Origin: Candidatus Shapirobacteria bacterium
Lineage (GTDB): Bacteria; Patescibacteriota; Microgenomatia; UBA12405
Assembly: GCA_037142555.1 (NCBI GenBank)
Contig: JBAXAJ010000002.1
Span: 15,029-79,028 of the forward strand
Length of the DNA: 64,000 bases
Reading direction: 5' to 3'
The notes under the pieces are model-generated. The model had not been told where the DNA came from and did no database searches. It worked only from the letters and a program-made list of their open reading frames with translations. Shown piece by piece: positions 29,989-40,826 of this stretch. Within the stretch, counting starts at the first letter, position 1; the number at the start of each line of letters is the position of its first letter. A program made the position numbers and the translations under genes.

Positions 29989-31473
29989 ATGTTTAAAGCT
30001 TTGCAAAAATATAAATTTTTTATATTAATTGCTCTATTTTTTTTACTTTTAAGGATACCTTCTCTTTTTGAACCAGCTTGGTATGGAGATGAGGGGATTT
30101 ATCTAACTATTGGTGAAGGTTTAAATAAAGGTTTAAATCTTTACACTCAAATCCACGACAATAAGCCACCAACTCTCTATTTTCTTGCTGCCATCAGTCA
30201 CACTGTTTTTGGTTTCCGTCTCTTACTTCTATTATCTATGGCAATCACAGTTTATTGTTTTAATCTTCTTGCTAAAAAGTTTCTAGAACCAAAAATTATC
30301 AAAATAGCTCTGATTTTATTTGTATTTTTGACTTCCATCCCTTTTATTGAAGGAACAATTGCTAATGCCGAAATATTCATGCTTTTGCCAACTATTTTGG
30401 GTGTTCTCATTTTTTTAAATGCCAAAAAAACTCGAGATTATTTTCTGTCTGCTTTCATTTTAGGTTTAGCTTTCACCATCAAAATGCCAGTCCTGTTCGA
30501 ATGTATTTTCCTAACAATATTTTTAGCTCTGGAAAAGTTTGATTTAATTAGTCGTTTTAATTTAAAAAACATTTTTTCCAAAAGAATCAAAAATATACCT
30601 ATTTTGATTGGCTTTTTAATCAGTTTTTCCATTCCAATTTTAGCTTGGGGAATCTATTATTATTTTCATCAAGCTCTAAGTCTCTTCATCAGTGCTTCCT
30701 TAATGCAAAACTTTAGTTATCTTTCGTCTTGGTCAACTGGGAACCAAAGCAGTTCTTTAGCCAGTGGTGGTCTAATAAACCGCTTAATAATTCTAATTCT
30801 AGCTTGGTTAGTAATTTATGTTTTATTAATCAAAAAAGTAATTGATAAAAAAATTGCTTTCCTTTTGTTTTGGTTTGGAACAACCATTTTTGCCGCTCTA
30901 CTCTCCGGCCGACCTTACCCTCATTATCTAATTCAAACTCTACCATCTCTATGTTTAGTCATTGGAGCCATCTTTTCTAAATCTTATAAAATAATAGCCA
31001 AAGCGATTCTTGTTCTATCAGTGGCTTTTCTAGTTTTTGTTTTTTGGAAATTTAATTTTTATTCTTATCCAACCACTGCTTATTATAAAAATTTTTATAG
31101 CTATGCTCTAGGCCAAAAAAGTCAAGCAAACTACTATTCTTTCTTTGGTTCTGGTGTTCAAAGAATTTATGACATTTCCAATTATGTCAAAGAAAACACC
31201 GCTGAAAATGAAAAAATATTTTTATGGGGAGACGAATCTTTCATCTATTCATTATCCGACAGACTTCCAGTCGGTAGGTTTACTGTTGCCTATCACATAG
31301 TCGATTTTAATGCCTACAATGTCACAATTAGTCAATTAAAAAATACTCCTCCTAAACTAATTATTTATTACCAAATGAACGGTCGACCTTTTCAAGAACT
31401 AGACAATTTAATAAAAGAATATTATTATCCTGCCAAGGCTTTCGATTCAGTAATTATTTATAAACTTAAATAA
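29989..31473 (+). CDS. GT-C-type (ArnT/PMT-like) membrane glycosyltransferase.
   Basis: About 12 TM helices. First loop contains WYGDEGIY. Confidence 0.4.
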   Translation: MFKALQKYKFFILIALFFLLLRIPSLFEPAWYGDEGIYLTIGEGLNKGLNLYTQIHDNKPPTLYFLAAISHTVFGFRLLLLLSMAITVYCFNLLAKKFLEPKIIKIALILFVFLTSIPFIEGTIANAEIFMLLPTILGVLIFLNAKKTRDYFLSAFILGLAFTIKMPVLFECIFLTIFLALEKFDLISRFNLKNIFSKRIKNIPILIGFLISFSIPILAWGIYYYFHQALSLFISASLMQNFSYLSSWSTGNQSSSLASGGLINRLIILILAWLVIYVLLIKKVIDKKIAFLLFWFGTTIFAALLSGRPYPHYLIQTLPSLCLVIGAIFSKSYKIIAKAILVLSVAFLVFVFWKFNFYSYPTTAYYKNFYSYALGQKSQANYYSFFGSGVQRIYDISNYVKENTAENEKIFLWGDESFIYSLSDRLPVGRFTVAYHIVDFNAYNVTISQLKNTPPKLIIYYQMNGRPFQELDNLIKEYYYPAKAFDSVIIYKLK

Positions 31474-31854
31474 ATGTCATTTTTTAGATTAATATCTCTT
31501 CAAATTTCAGCTCTAGGAAAATTTTGGCAAGAAAAGATTAATAATCAAATTTTTTGGTGGAACATAATTTTAATTGGTTCTCAAATAGCTTTTTTGATTT
31601 TCAAATTTAACAGTCTTCCAGATCAAGTTCCTCTATACTATTCACAACCTTGGGGTGAAGATCAACTTGCCCATGCTTCAGCCTTATTTTTATTACCAAC
31701 TTTTTCAATAATTATAGTTTTAATTAATAATCTTCTGGCCACTATTTTTCTTAATAGAATTCAACTCTTATCAAGATTGTTAGTTGTCTTTTCTCTGGTC
31801 TTTTCTTTTCTATCTCTAGTTACTCTTTTCCAAATAATTAATTTAATTTCTTAA
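31474..31854 (+). CDS. Small membrane protein.
   Basis: Three or four hydrophobic helices. Possible GtrA-like partner of the flanking glycosyltransferases. Confidence 0.3.
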   Translation: MSFFRLISLQISALGKFWQEKINNQIFWWNIILIGSQIAFLIFKFNSLPDQVPLYYSQPWGEDQLAHASALFLLPTFSIIIVLINNLLATIFLNRIQLLSRLLVVFSLVFSFLSLVTLFQIINLIS

Positions 31855-32909
31855 TGTTAGCCACTTTCCTTGTAATTATTTTTCTATCAGCTTTTGCTTC
31901 ATATGTTTTAACTCCTTTGACTATCAGATTTTTTATTTCCAGAAATTGGATAGAGGATCCAGCTAAGAAACAAACCAAAACTAATAATGCTACTGCTCTT
32001 AAACCTGTCCCTCGAGGTGGTGGTGTGCCAATCTTCATCAGTGTTTTAATTACCTCTTTAATGTTTTTACCTCCAGACAAACATTTAATAGGGATTCTTC
32101 TAGCAGCTTTTCTAGCCTTAATAGTTGGTCTTTTTGATGATGTCAAAGATATCAGTCCTAAATTAAGATTAGTGACAAACATTGTCACTGCTCTAATTGT
32201 TGTTGCTTCAGGGATTGGTATTTCTTTCATCTCCAATCCTTTTGGGGGAGTAATCGATTTATCTTTCCTAAAAATTAATTTTGATCTATTTGGCCCTCAC
32301 AGCATTTGGGTAATTTCCGATTTATTAGCGGTCATTTGGATTGTTTGGTGTATGAATATTGTCGGTTGGGCCACTGGCGTTGATGGTCAACTCCCTGGTT
32401 TCACCTCAATTTCAGCAATTTTCATTGGTATTTTAGCTCTTCGTTATTCAGCTGACATTACTCAATGGCCAGTAATCATTCTAGCTGGCAGTGTGGCTGG
32501 TGCTTATCTAGGTTTTTTGCCTTTTAATTTCTTTCCTCAAAGGATAATGCCTGGTTATAGTGGTAAAAGTCTAGCCGGATTCTTTCTAGCCGTTCTAGCC
32601 ATCCTTTCTGGGGCCAAATTAGCTACTCTAATCTTTCTTCTAGGTGTTCCAATGCTTGATGCTACCTTCACAATAGTTCGTAGATTCATAAACAAAAAAC
32701 CTATTTATCTAGGTGATGGCCAACATTTTCATCATCAACTCCTAAAATTAGGTTGGTCACGCCGATCAATTTCCCTAGCTTATTGGTCTTTTAGCTTATT
32801 TTTAGGCTTGATTGCTCTCTTTTTAAACAGTCAACAAAAACTCTATGTCTTTATTGGGATAGCTCTAATTTTTGTCAGTGTTTTTATTCGACTATCGAAA
32901 CGTACTTAG
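31854..32909 (+). CDS. Glycosyltransferase family 4 (MraY/WecA-type polyprenyl-phosphate sugar-phosphate transferase).
   Basis: LVGLFDDVKD and multi-TM topology. Confidence 0.6.
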   Translation: MLATFLVIIFLSAFASYVLTPLTIRFFISRNWIEDPAKKQTKTNNATALKPVPRGGGVPIFISVLITSLMFLPPDKHLIGILLAAFLALIVGLFDDVKDISPKLRLVTNIVTALIVVASGIGISFISNPFGGVIDLSFLKINFDLFGPHSIWVISDLLAVIWIVWCMNIVGWATGVDGQLPGFTSISAIFIGILALRYSADITQWPVIILAGSVAGAYLGFLPFNFFPQRIMPGYSGKSLAGFFLAVLAILSGAKLATLIFLLGVPMLDATFTIVRRFINKKPIYLGDGQHFHHQLLKLGWSRRSISLAYWSFSLFLGLIALFLNSQQKLYVFIGIALIFVSVFIRLSKRT

Positions 32910-33690
32910 CTGAAACCCAACCACTCTTATTATTACCCAAATCGATTTTATACCAATCAGTTCCTTCTTCAAGAATAGGGTAGCTTTCTGTTGGTTTAAC
33001 CTTAACTATTTCTTTACTGCCATTATTAGCTTGTTCTCGAACTCTTAACCAACCAGTCCCAGTTTCTTTTATAACTACTTTTTTGCTATTCACTGTTGGG
33101 GTGCTGGCTTGAATTTCATTAATTTTAGGAGAAATTTCTTGAGCCAAAGTTGCATCAATCACTAATTGATAACCATTTATTGCCTTCACAAAAACACTCA
33201 AATCTTTATATCCAGAAGCAGATAAAACCAATTGTCTATCACCACTATTGACTGTATTAAATCTCAAAGGGGAGACGCCTTTAATTTCACTATCAATATT
33301 TATAACTGATTTATCAGGCACCACATTAACCATTAAACTAGATTTTTTAGCATCACCAGTTTTTTCTAAAAATAAAACATAACCACCAGAACTTTCCTTA
33401 CCATTTCCAAATTCCCAATCAACAACTGTATTTATATTATTTTTTAAATCTATTTTTTTAACCCATTCTTGGTCATTAGTTTTCAATTTGACTTCAATTA
33501 TTCCTGGTTTAAGGCTGTTATTTTTATAAGGAGTCATTCCCATTTCTTTATTATCAATAAAAACTTTTGCTACTGGATATGAACTAATTTCCAAAGTCGA
33601 TTTTTTTGGCAACAAAGAGCATCCACTCAAAAAAAATGATGCCAAAATTAATATTAAAAACTGTTTAAACATCATCTTATAGTTTATCAA
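32884..33690 (-). CDS. Lipoprotein with a C-terminal SH3b-like domain.
   Basis: Lipobox LSGCS. C-terminus GWVSAKYV. Confidence 0.35.
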   Translation of the reverse strand: MINYKMMFKQFLILILASFFLSGCSLLPKKSTLEISSYPVAKVFIDNKEMGMTPYKNNSLKPGIIEVKLKTNDQEWVKKIDLKNNINTVVDWEFGNGKESSGGYVLFLEKTGDAKKSSLMVNVVPDKSVINIDSEIKGVSPLRFNTVNSGDRQLVLSASGYKDLSVFVKAINGYQLVIDATLAQEISPKINEIQASTPTVNSKKVVIKETGTGWLRVREQANNGSKEIVKVKPTESYPILEEGTDWYKIDLGNNKSGWVSAKYVSIVE

Positions 33691-33715
33691 AAAATAACTT
33701 TGTTAAGATTAACTA

Positions 33716-34672
33716 ATGTTGTTTAAAAAAATTTTAGTTTTTATTGTTTTTTCTTTTATTTTATTTTTACTTTTTTTAGTTTTTAAAAAACCTATTCTTA
33801 CGCCAAAATTAGAAGAAAATTATAGTAAAACTGGTTTTCTTATAATTCCATCACCAGAGAAAAAAAATACAGTCACTTTTTCTCTAGCCGGGGATTTAGG
33901 TCTTGGTCGTTATATAACTACTATCGCCAGATCAAAAAAAGATTTTTCTTGGAGTTTCCAAAAAATTTCTTCTCTTCTTAAATCAAATGATTTCAATTTA
34001 GCTAATCTAGAAAGTCCAATCATCAATAGTTGTCCCGAAGGTCAAACTGGCACTTTTACTTTTTGTGGTGATTCTAGATTCCTTCCTTATTTGAAAGAAA
34101 ATAAATTTGTTTTTAATTTGGCTAATAATCATATTTTTAATTATGGTCAAGATGGTTTTAACCAAACTAAAAATTATTTAAAAGAAAATCAAATTTCTTA
34201 TTTTTATTCTCATAATCCTGATACTGAATTTATTAAAAAAGAGATTAATGGTATTAAATTTGGGTTTTTAGGTTTTGATTTCATTACTAATCCTAATTTA
34301 GATTCAAAAAAAATAATTTCTCTAGTTAAAAAATATGATTCTCAAGTTGATTGGCTTATTGTTTCTCTTCATTGGGGTAATGAATATCTACCTAAAGCAG
34401 AAATTTGGCGAGTCGATTTAGCTCATCAACTCATTAATTCTGGAGCTGACATTATTTATGGTCATCATCCTCATGTTTTACAATCAACTGAAATTTATAA
34501 AAATAAAGTTATTTTTTATTCTCTTGGTAATTTTATTTTTGATCAAAATTGGTCAAAAGAAACTTCAAGTTCAGAATTAGTTATTTTAGAAGTTGATAAA
34601 ACAAATATTATTAAAACCACTAAAAAACCTTTTTTAATTAAATACAACTCACAACCAGAATTAATTAATTAA
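33716..34672 (+). CDS. CapA-family metallophosphatase (poly-gamma-glutamate synthesis-like).
   Basis: LANNH...SLHWGNEY...GHHPH motifs. Confidence 0.55.
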   Translation: MLFKKILVFIVFSFILFLLFLVFKKPILTPKLEENYSKTGFLIIPSPEKKNTVTFSLAGDLGLGRYITTIARSKKDFSWSFQKISSLLKSNDFNLANLESPIINSCPEGQTGTFTFCGDSRFLPYLKENKFVFNLANNHIFNYGQDGFNQTKNYLKENQISYFYSHNPDTEFIKKEINGIKFGFLGFDFITNPNLDSKKIISLVKKYDSQVDWLIVSLHWGNEYLPKAEIWRVDLAHQLINSGADIIYGHHPHVLQSTEIYKNKVIFYSLGNFIFDQNWSKETSSSELVILEVDKTNIIKTTKKPFLIKYNSQPELIN

Positions 34673-35237
34673 AAATTTCCAAAACTTCTTGGGCTGTATT
34701 TGCCAAGGCCACAACTCTTTTTTCTTTACTTTCAAAATTTAAATCTTTAATTATAGTTTTAACTATTTCACCCCATTTTTTACCAAAAAAGACTATTGGT
34801 TCATGATGACCATATTCAAACTTTGCCATTTCCCAGACCAAACCAACTTCAGACAAAGTTCCAGTTCCACCTTCAAAAATAACAAAAGCATCGGCTGACG
34901 CTACTAATTTATTTAATCTACTAGGATAATCTCTGGTCACGATTATTTGATCGGCTAAATCATAATTTTTTTGATAAATTCCCTCATAATTATCAGGAAC
35001 TTTTTTAGGGTCTAAAACAACTATCTCCACCTTTCCATTTCCAGCCTTTGCTCCTAATGTGCTAGCCAACATCACTCCTGGTCCACCACCATTAACAATA
35101 ATATAACCAGATTCAGCTAATAACTTAGCTGTGTTGTAAGCATCAATAAAGTTTTGATCAGTTTTTTTAGCGTCATTAGCTCCGAAAAAAGCTACTTTTT
35201 TAATTGTTTTTGTTGTTTTTTTGAAAATATTAAACAT
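34665..35237 (-). CDS. LOG-family (TIGR00730) nucleotide hydrolase.
   Basis: NGGGPGVM and FEGGTGTLSE motifs. Confidence 0.7.
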   Translation of the reverse strand: MFNIFKKTTKTIKKVAFFGANDAKKTDQNFIDAYNTAKLLAESGYIIVNGGGPGVMLASTLGAKAGNGKVEIVVLDPKKVPDNYEGIYQKNYDLADQIIVTRDYPSRLNKLVASADAFVIFEGGTGTLSEVGLVWEMAKFEYGHHEPIVFFGKKWGEIVKTIIKDLNFESKEKRVVALANTAQEVLEIFN

Positions 35238-35862
35238 GACTTTTCAAGTTTTCTAAATTATTTAAAACGTTACCATTAAAAATTGCTCCACCGCAATAGG
35301 CGACATCAACTCCAGCTTCTTTTAACTTTTCAATATTATTTTCATTGATTCCGCCATCAACTCCAATTTTAAATCTTAAATCTCTTTCTTCTCTCATTAT
35401 TTTAAGTTTTTCAATCTTTTCAAAAATTCGGTCATCAAATTCTTGTGATTCAAAACCAGCTTTTCTGGCCATTAACAAAACTAAATCAGTTTCTTCTGGA
35501 ATTTCTTTAATTTCAGTCTCAATATCAAAAGCCAAACCAGCCTCAGCTGTGTCTTTAACTTTAGAAACAAATTCTTCCAAATCACTCATCATTTCCACTT
35601 GTCCAATAATTCTGGCCGCATCAATGAAATTCGATTTTTCAATCCATTTTATTGGTTCATTAACCATTAAATGAGTTTCCCAAAGAATATTTTCAGTGTT
35701 CAATTGGCTTCGAGTCAATCTTTCTAATTCAAAAGTTTTCCCTGGCAAATAAACATTATCAATCACATCAATTTGAATCCATCTAATTTCATCTTTAATT
35801 AGTTTTATTTTTTCTTCAGCTAAATCAAATTGCTTCTCTAAAATTGTTGGAATTATTTGCAT
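35230..35862 (-). CDS. rpe: Ribulose-phosphate 3-epimerase-like protein.
   Basis: IPTIL...IQIDVIDN...VDGGI...CGGAIF pattern. Confidence 0.55.
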   Translation of the reverse strand: MQIIPTILEKQFDLAEEKIKLIKDEIRWIQIDVIDNVYLPGKTFELERLTRSQLNTENILWETHLMVNEPIKWIEKSNFIDAARIIGQVEMMSDLEEFVSKVKDTAEAGLAFDIETEIKEIPEETDLVLLMARKAGFESQEFDDRIFEKIEKLKIMREERDLRFKIGVDGGINENNIEKLKEAGVDVAYCGGAIFNGNVLNNLENLKSHV

Positions 35863-35865
35863 ATA

Positions 35866-36924
35866 TTATTTTTTGCTAATCCAAAGAGCATTTTCAACCA
35901 ATCTGCAACTGTAACCATATTCGTTATCATACCAAGCTCCGATTGTGACCATGTCACCAGATAATACATTTGTCATTTGAGTATCAATCAAACAAGAAGA
36001 ATTATTTCCGATTATGTCAGAAGAAACAATTGGTTCATAAGTAACTTTCAGTTTACCAACTAATTCTTTAGTCACACTAGCTTCTTCAAAAATAACATTA
36101 ATTTCTTCAATACTAGTTTTTTTAACCATTTTAAAAGTTAAATCAGAATAACTTCCACAAATGACTGGAACTCTAATAGCTGTTCCTGCGAATCTTCCCT
36201 TAGCTTCAGGATAACAAGCGATAACTGCTTCGGCTGCTCCAGTTGAAGTTGGCACAATATTAATTGCGGCCGCTCTGGCTCTTCTAGCATCTTTACCATT
36301 TCCATCAACTATATTTTGGTTAGTGGTGTAGGCGTGAATTGTAGTCAAAACTCCTTGTTGGAACCCAATTTTTTGATCAATTAATTTAACAATTGGCGCC
36401 ACACAATTAGTAGTGCAAGAACCATTAGAAATTAACTTTTCACCTTTATAGTCTTGATGGTTAACTCCCATTATATAAGTTGGGATAGAAGCTGCTTTTC
36501 CTGGTGCACTAATAATTACTTTTTTAGCTCCAGCTTTAATGTGAGCCAAAGCTTTTTCATCAGTGAAAGCTCCAGTGCATTCTAAAACCACTTCAGCTCC
36601 ATAACTTTTCCAAGGGATTTTGGCTGGATCTCGTTCACCTAGGATTGGAATACTCGTTTGACCAACTTCTAATCGACCCATTTCACCACTTTTTTTAGGA
36701 TCACCACAAGTAATCTTCATTGGTAAACGGCCATAAACTGAATCATATTTAAATTGCATTTGATAAGCATCAACTGGCAAATCACCTAAAGTATTAATTG
36801 CCACCACTTCAACATCATATTTTTCCAAGATTATCGCTCTTAAAACCACACTTCCGATTCTTCCAAAACCATTAATTCCAACTTTTAGTTTTTTATTATT
36901 TTCTTTCATAATTAATTCTAACAT
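35866..36924 (-). CDS. gap: Glyceraldehyde-3-phosphate dehydrogenase.
   Basis: INGFGRIG and SCTTNC active-site motifs. Confidence 0.9.
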   Translation of the reverse strand: MLELIMKENNKKLKVGINGFGRIGSVVLRAIILEKYDVEVVAINTLGDLPVDAYQMQFKYDSVYGRLPMKITCGDPKKSGEMGRLEVGQTSIPILGERDPAKIPWKSYGAEVVLECTGAFTDEKALAHIKAGAKKVIISAPGKAASIPTYIMGVNHQDYKGEKLISNGSCTTNCVAPIVKLIDQKIGFQQGVLTTIHAYTTNQNIVDGNGKDARRARAAAINIVPTSTGAAEAVIACYPEAKGRFAGTAIRVPVICGSYSDLTFKMVKKTSIEEINVIFEEASVTKELVGKLKVTYEPIVSSDIIGNNSSCLIDTQMTNVLSGDMVTIGAWYDNEYGYSCRLVENALWISKK

Positions 36925-37953
36925 CTACCAAGATGGCAAAGTTCCTTTACTTAAAAATTCCAACATCACTCCACCACCTGAACAAACATAGTCAATTTTA
37001 TCTTTTAAGCCTAAATTTACAATTGAAGCTCCAGTGTCGCCACCAGCAATAATTTTGTAAGCTTTTGAAGCAGCAATTGCTCTAGCTATTTCTTCAGTTC
37101 CTTTTTGACAATCACTTTTTTCATAAAAACCCATCGCTCCAGCCCAAATTATTATTCTACTTTCCTTAATAATCTTTTTAAAATCTTCAATGTCCTTATC
37201 ACTCAAATCCAACCCATCTTCTCTTAACTCCGCAACAACCACCTTTTTATTAGAAATTAGACATTTGTCATTAGAAATTATCTTTGGTAATTTTCCACCA
37301 ACCAATATGAAATCAGCCTTTTTACTTAATTCTTCTAAGTTTTTCAATTTGTCTTCCTTAGCCCCACCCAAAACTATTGTCATCGGTTTTTCTTTCATTT
37401 CCAAAATTTTTCCAATTTTTTCCACTTCTTCAACAAAACTTAAGCCGTAAAATGTTTCCATTTCTTCAAAAAGCAAAACTGAGGCTGCTTTTCTGTGAGC
37501 CACTGCAAAAGCATCATTAACAAAAATAGAAGCAACATCCTTCAATTCACCAAATAGGGAATTGTCACCAAGTTCTTCTTCCTTATGAAATCTCAAATTT
37601 TCTACAAAAACAATTTGGTTTGATTCAATCGCTCTTTCAATTTCTTTAGTGTTTTTTATATCATCGATAAATACGCTTTCAACCCAATCTTGACCATCAG
37701 TTTCCAATAATCCCATTAATTCGCTATAAACTGGTCGAAGCGACAAAGATTCATCTTTCCCATCAGGACGACCTCGATGACCAACAATTATCATTCGGCA
37801 ATCTCTTTGCAATAACAACTTAATAGTTGGCAAAGATTTAACTAGTCGGCTATTATCCAAAACAACCCCATTTTCTATTGGCAAATCAGTGTCTAACCTC
37901 AAAATTACATCGAAATCAAATTCTATTTCATTAATTGATCTTAGTTTCTTCAT
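36925..37953 (-). CDS. pgk: Phosphoglycerate kinase, compact 342-aa form.
   Basis: NDAFAVAHRKAAS and C-terminal GGGVMLEFL motifs. Confidence 0.75.
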   Translation of the reverse strand: MKKLRSINEIEFDFDVILRLDTDLPIENGVVLDNSRLVKSLPTIKLLLQRDCRMIIVGHRGRPDGKDESLSLRPVYSELMGLLETDGQDWVESVFIDDIKNTKEIERAIESNQIVFVENLRFHKEEELGDNSLFGELKDVASIFVNDAFAVAHRKAASVLLFEEMETFYGLSFVEEVEKIGKILEMKEKPMTIVLGGAKEDKLKNLEELSKKADFILVGGKLPKIISNDKCLISNKKVVVAELREDGLDLSDKDIEDFKKIIKESRIIIWAGAMGFYEKSDCQKGTEEIARAIAASKAYKIIAGGDTGASIVNLGLKDKIDYVCSGGGVMLEFLSKGTLPSW

Positions 37954-38386
37954 ATTCTTTAATTTTATTAATTCTTCTAATGTGAGTTTCTATTGGGGAA
38001 AAAACACTTTCTAAAAATGTTTTAACAATCTTTTCATTAAGGTCTTCATCAATCAATTCTCCAGATAAACATAAAATATTAGCATTATCATCTTCTCTAG
38101 CTAGTCTAGCTTGTTTTTCACTAGTACACAAAGCTGCATAAGCACCTTTAACTTTATTTGCTGCCACACAAACTCCAACTCCTGATCCACAAATCAAAAT
38201 TCCAATTGCTCTTTCAAAAACAACTTTTTGGGCTAATTCTATGGCAATATCAGTGTAATCATCATCCTCCACATATTCTTTATAACCTAAATCAACTACA
38301 TTCATCTCCCATTTTCTCAGGGTCTCTTTCAGTGCTTCTTTTGTCCTAAAACCCCTATGATCAGATCCAATGTATATAATATTCAT
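37931..38386 (-). CDS. rpiB: Ribose-5-phosphate isomerase B.
   Basis: IYIGSDHRGF...CGSGVG motifs. Confidence 0.8.
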   Translation of the reverse strand: MNIIYIGSDHRGFRTKEALKETLRKWEMNVVDLGYKEYVEDDDYTDIAIELAQKVVFERAIGILICGSGVGVCVAANKVKGAYAALCTSEKQARLAREDDNANILCLSGELIDEDLNEKIVKTFLESVFSPIETHIRRINKIKEYEETKIN

Positions 38387-39097
38387 ATCTTAAATATATC
38401 ACGCATGAACCAAATTATTTTAAATAATACTATTTTTACTTACGAGATAAATCGCAAATCAATCAGGTCAATCAGATTGAAGTTAATTTCTTCAAATTCT
38501 TTTTCTATTTCTTGTCCAATTTTCACCCCAGATAGTTCCATCAAAAAATTTATTGAGTCAAATTCCACTTGGATTTTTAAACACTCAAAAAAAATTATTT
38601 CTCAAAAAAAACTACTAGATTTAAAGACTCTTTTAATTTTAGACAGACCCTTTCAACTCTCTTGGATTAAGACTCAAAAAGACTCAGTAATTATTTTTGA
38701 AGACGAACAAAAAATATATGCAAATATAAGTATATTGACCGAATCCAAGGCTAAAAAAACACTTGAAAAAACTCTCAAAATTCATGCTTTAAAGTTAATT
38801 AAAAACGAATTAAAACACTTAAGCAATATGTTTGGATTCGAATATAATCATGTTTCAGCTCGTAATCAAAAGTCTCGTTTTGGTTCTTGTTCCAGTCGTT
38901 CAAATCTCAATTTTAATTGGCAAATAATCTTTTTCCCGACCGACAAATTTCGTCATATTTTACTCCATGAATTAACTCATTTAAAAATAAAAAACCACTC
39001 AAAAACTTTTTGGGACCAACTCACCATCTATGATGAAAACTGCAAATTAAATAATCTCTGGCTCAAAAAAGAGGGGACAAATCATTTTCTCTTATAA
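38357..39097 (+). CDS. M48/YgjP-family (DUF45) metal-dependent hydrolase.
   Basis: HELTHLKIKNHSKTFW (HExxH...NHS..FW). Confidence 0.65.
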   Translation: MIRSNVYNIHILNISRMNQIILNNTIFTYEINRKSIRSIRLKLISSNSFSISCPIFTPDSSIKKFIESNSTWIFKHSKKIISQKKLLDLKTLLILDRPFQLSWIKTQKDSVIIFEDEQKIYANISILTESKAKKTLEKTLKIHALKLIKNELKHLSNMFGFEYNHVSARNQKSRFGSCSSRSNLNFNWQIIFFPTDKFRHILLHELTHLKIKNHSKTFWDQLTIYDENCKLNNLWLKKEGTNHFLL

Positions 39098-40614
39098 GGG
39101 ACCCCATCTCTGCCTACTGGATATACATTCCCTTTACTGTGGTTTAAACACCCACCACAAAAACCGTTACACTTAAATATTTCTAATTGTAATTCTGGTT
39201 TAATAAATTCTCCATTATTTGCTGCTTTTATAATATTTTCTGAACTAATGAAAGTTAAACTTCTAGCCCCAATCGCTTTAGCAATTTTTTTCTCATCACC
39301 CTTATTCAAAAAAGCCACTAACTCTTCCTGGCTTCTAATACTTATACCTAAATAACACACATTAGTCACCATCGGTAATCCAGAAACCCAATCTACTGAT
39401 TTAGCCCCTAACTCTTTTAATTTTTGAACTATTATCTTAGAAGTAGAGGATCTCACCACCGAATCGTCTAAACAAACAATTCTTTTGCCTTCGTATATTT
39501 TTGGGTTAGGAACGAAAGATAATTTTTGGAAAACTGCATTAAGGATTCCACTTCTTTCCTTATCATTCATAAAAGTTCTTGTTGGTAAATTAGGGAAATA
39601 TTGGCTAGGTTTTTTCGTAATTATATTTTTAACCGGAATATTTAATTCGTTATGGAAACCTTCAGCGATAGCTAATCCAGAATCTGGAATCCCAATCACA
39701 AAATCAATGTCTTTATATTTTTCTTTAAATTGTTGAGCTAGATAAACACCAGATTTTAATCTAAATTCATAAATTGAAGACCATTCACCATTTGGAGTTA
39801 GATATAAAGAGTTTGGTGATCGAGTGTAGGGGAATTCAAATATACATTCATTTTTATTTTTATAATTACCTTCTTTAATGACTTCAAAACCCTTAGAACT
39901 ATTAACTTTACTAATTTCTCCTGGTTTTATTTCTCTTAATAATTTTGCCTGAATATTTTCAAATGATTGTGTTTCGGAAGCAATAACCCAACCATCATTA
40001 ATAGACCCCACCAATAATGGTCTTATTCCATATTTGTCTCGGGCCATATATAAAGTGTCTTTTATTCCTACAACCAATCCATATGAACCTTCTATTTTTT
40101 TTAATGCTTTTATAATTTTTTCATCCCAATTTAAACCCTTTGTTCTAGCCAATATGTTGGCAAAAATTCGAGTATCAGACATTTCTGGATTATTTTTATA
40201 TTTTTTTATTCCCACAAATTCACCATTATGCGCTATTGTGATTAAAGTCCCATCAGACATAGTCACACAACAAGGTTGGTTATTTTCTAAACAATAATTA
40301 CCATTTGTTCCATATCGACAATGAAGAATACCCCATCTGTTTGGATCTTGAAATTTTAGTGATATTTCCTCATTAAAAACATTTTTTATCAGACCATCAG
40401 CCTTATGGATAGTATCTTTAAAATCATCATTCATCATCACCATCCCAGCTGCATTTTGACCTCTTTGTTGAACTCCAATTCCACCATATTTAAGATCTAA
40501 AAACAAATTTCTTGGTTCTTTTACATACATTGCAAAGATACCGCAGTTTTCATGGACTTGTTCTTTTTCATCAGCAACATACACATCAAATTTTTTTGAA
40601 TAACCCATATTCAA
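39082..40614 (-). CDS. purF: Amidophosphoribosyltransferase.
   Basis: N-terminal NCGIFAMY catalytic Cys, a PRTase motif (VCLDDSVVRSSTS) and a C-terminal Cys cluster. Confidence 0.75.
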   Translation of the reverse strand: MNMGYSKKFDVYVADEKEQVHENCGIFAMYVKEPRNLFLDLKYGGIGVQQRGQNAAGMVMMNDDFKDTIHKADGLIKNVFNEEISLKFQDPNRWGILHCRYGTNGNYCLENNQPCCVTMSDGTLITIAHNGEFVGIKKYKNNPEMSDTRIFANILARTKGLNWDEKIIKALKKIEGSYGLVVGIKDTLYMARDKYGIRPLLVGSINDGWVIASETQSFENIQAKLLREIKPGEISKVNSSKGFEVIKEGNYKNKNECIFEFPYTRSPNSLYLTPNGEWSSIYEFRLKSGVYLAQQFKEKYKDIDFVIGIPDSGLAIAEGFHNELNIPVKNIITKKPSQYFPNLPTRTFMNDKERSGILNAVFQKLSFVPNPKIYEGKRIVCLDDSVVRSSTSKIIVQKLKELGAKSVDWVSGLPMVTNVCYLGISIRSQEELVAFLNKGDEKKIAKAIGARSLTFISSENIIKAANNGEFIKPELQLEIFKCNGFCGGCLNHSKGNVYPVGRDGVPYKRK

Positions 40615-40826
40615 GATTATAACAAAGTAAAAATTTAATTTTTCTTATCGCCTGGCTATATCATCTGAATAAGTTTCCATATTTTCGCCATTTTCAGGAT
40701 ATTTTTGAGCTAAATAAAATTCCTTTTGTTCATCATTCATTTCATGTAAATTATTCACAGTCAATTTGATATCTTTATTATCGAAAATTGGTTGTTCCTT
40801 AGAACTCATAATTAAATTTACCACTT

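Noticed and set aside
40647-40814. 55-aa minus-strand ORF in the purF-xth intergenic region.
   Set aside because: It is possible but has no SD or promoter, and its composition is similar to surrounding non-coding DNA. It falls below what I can support.
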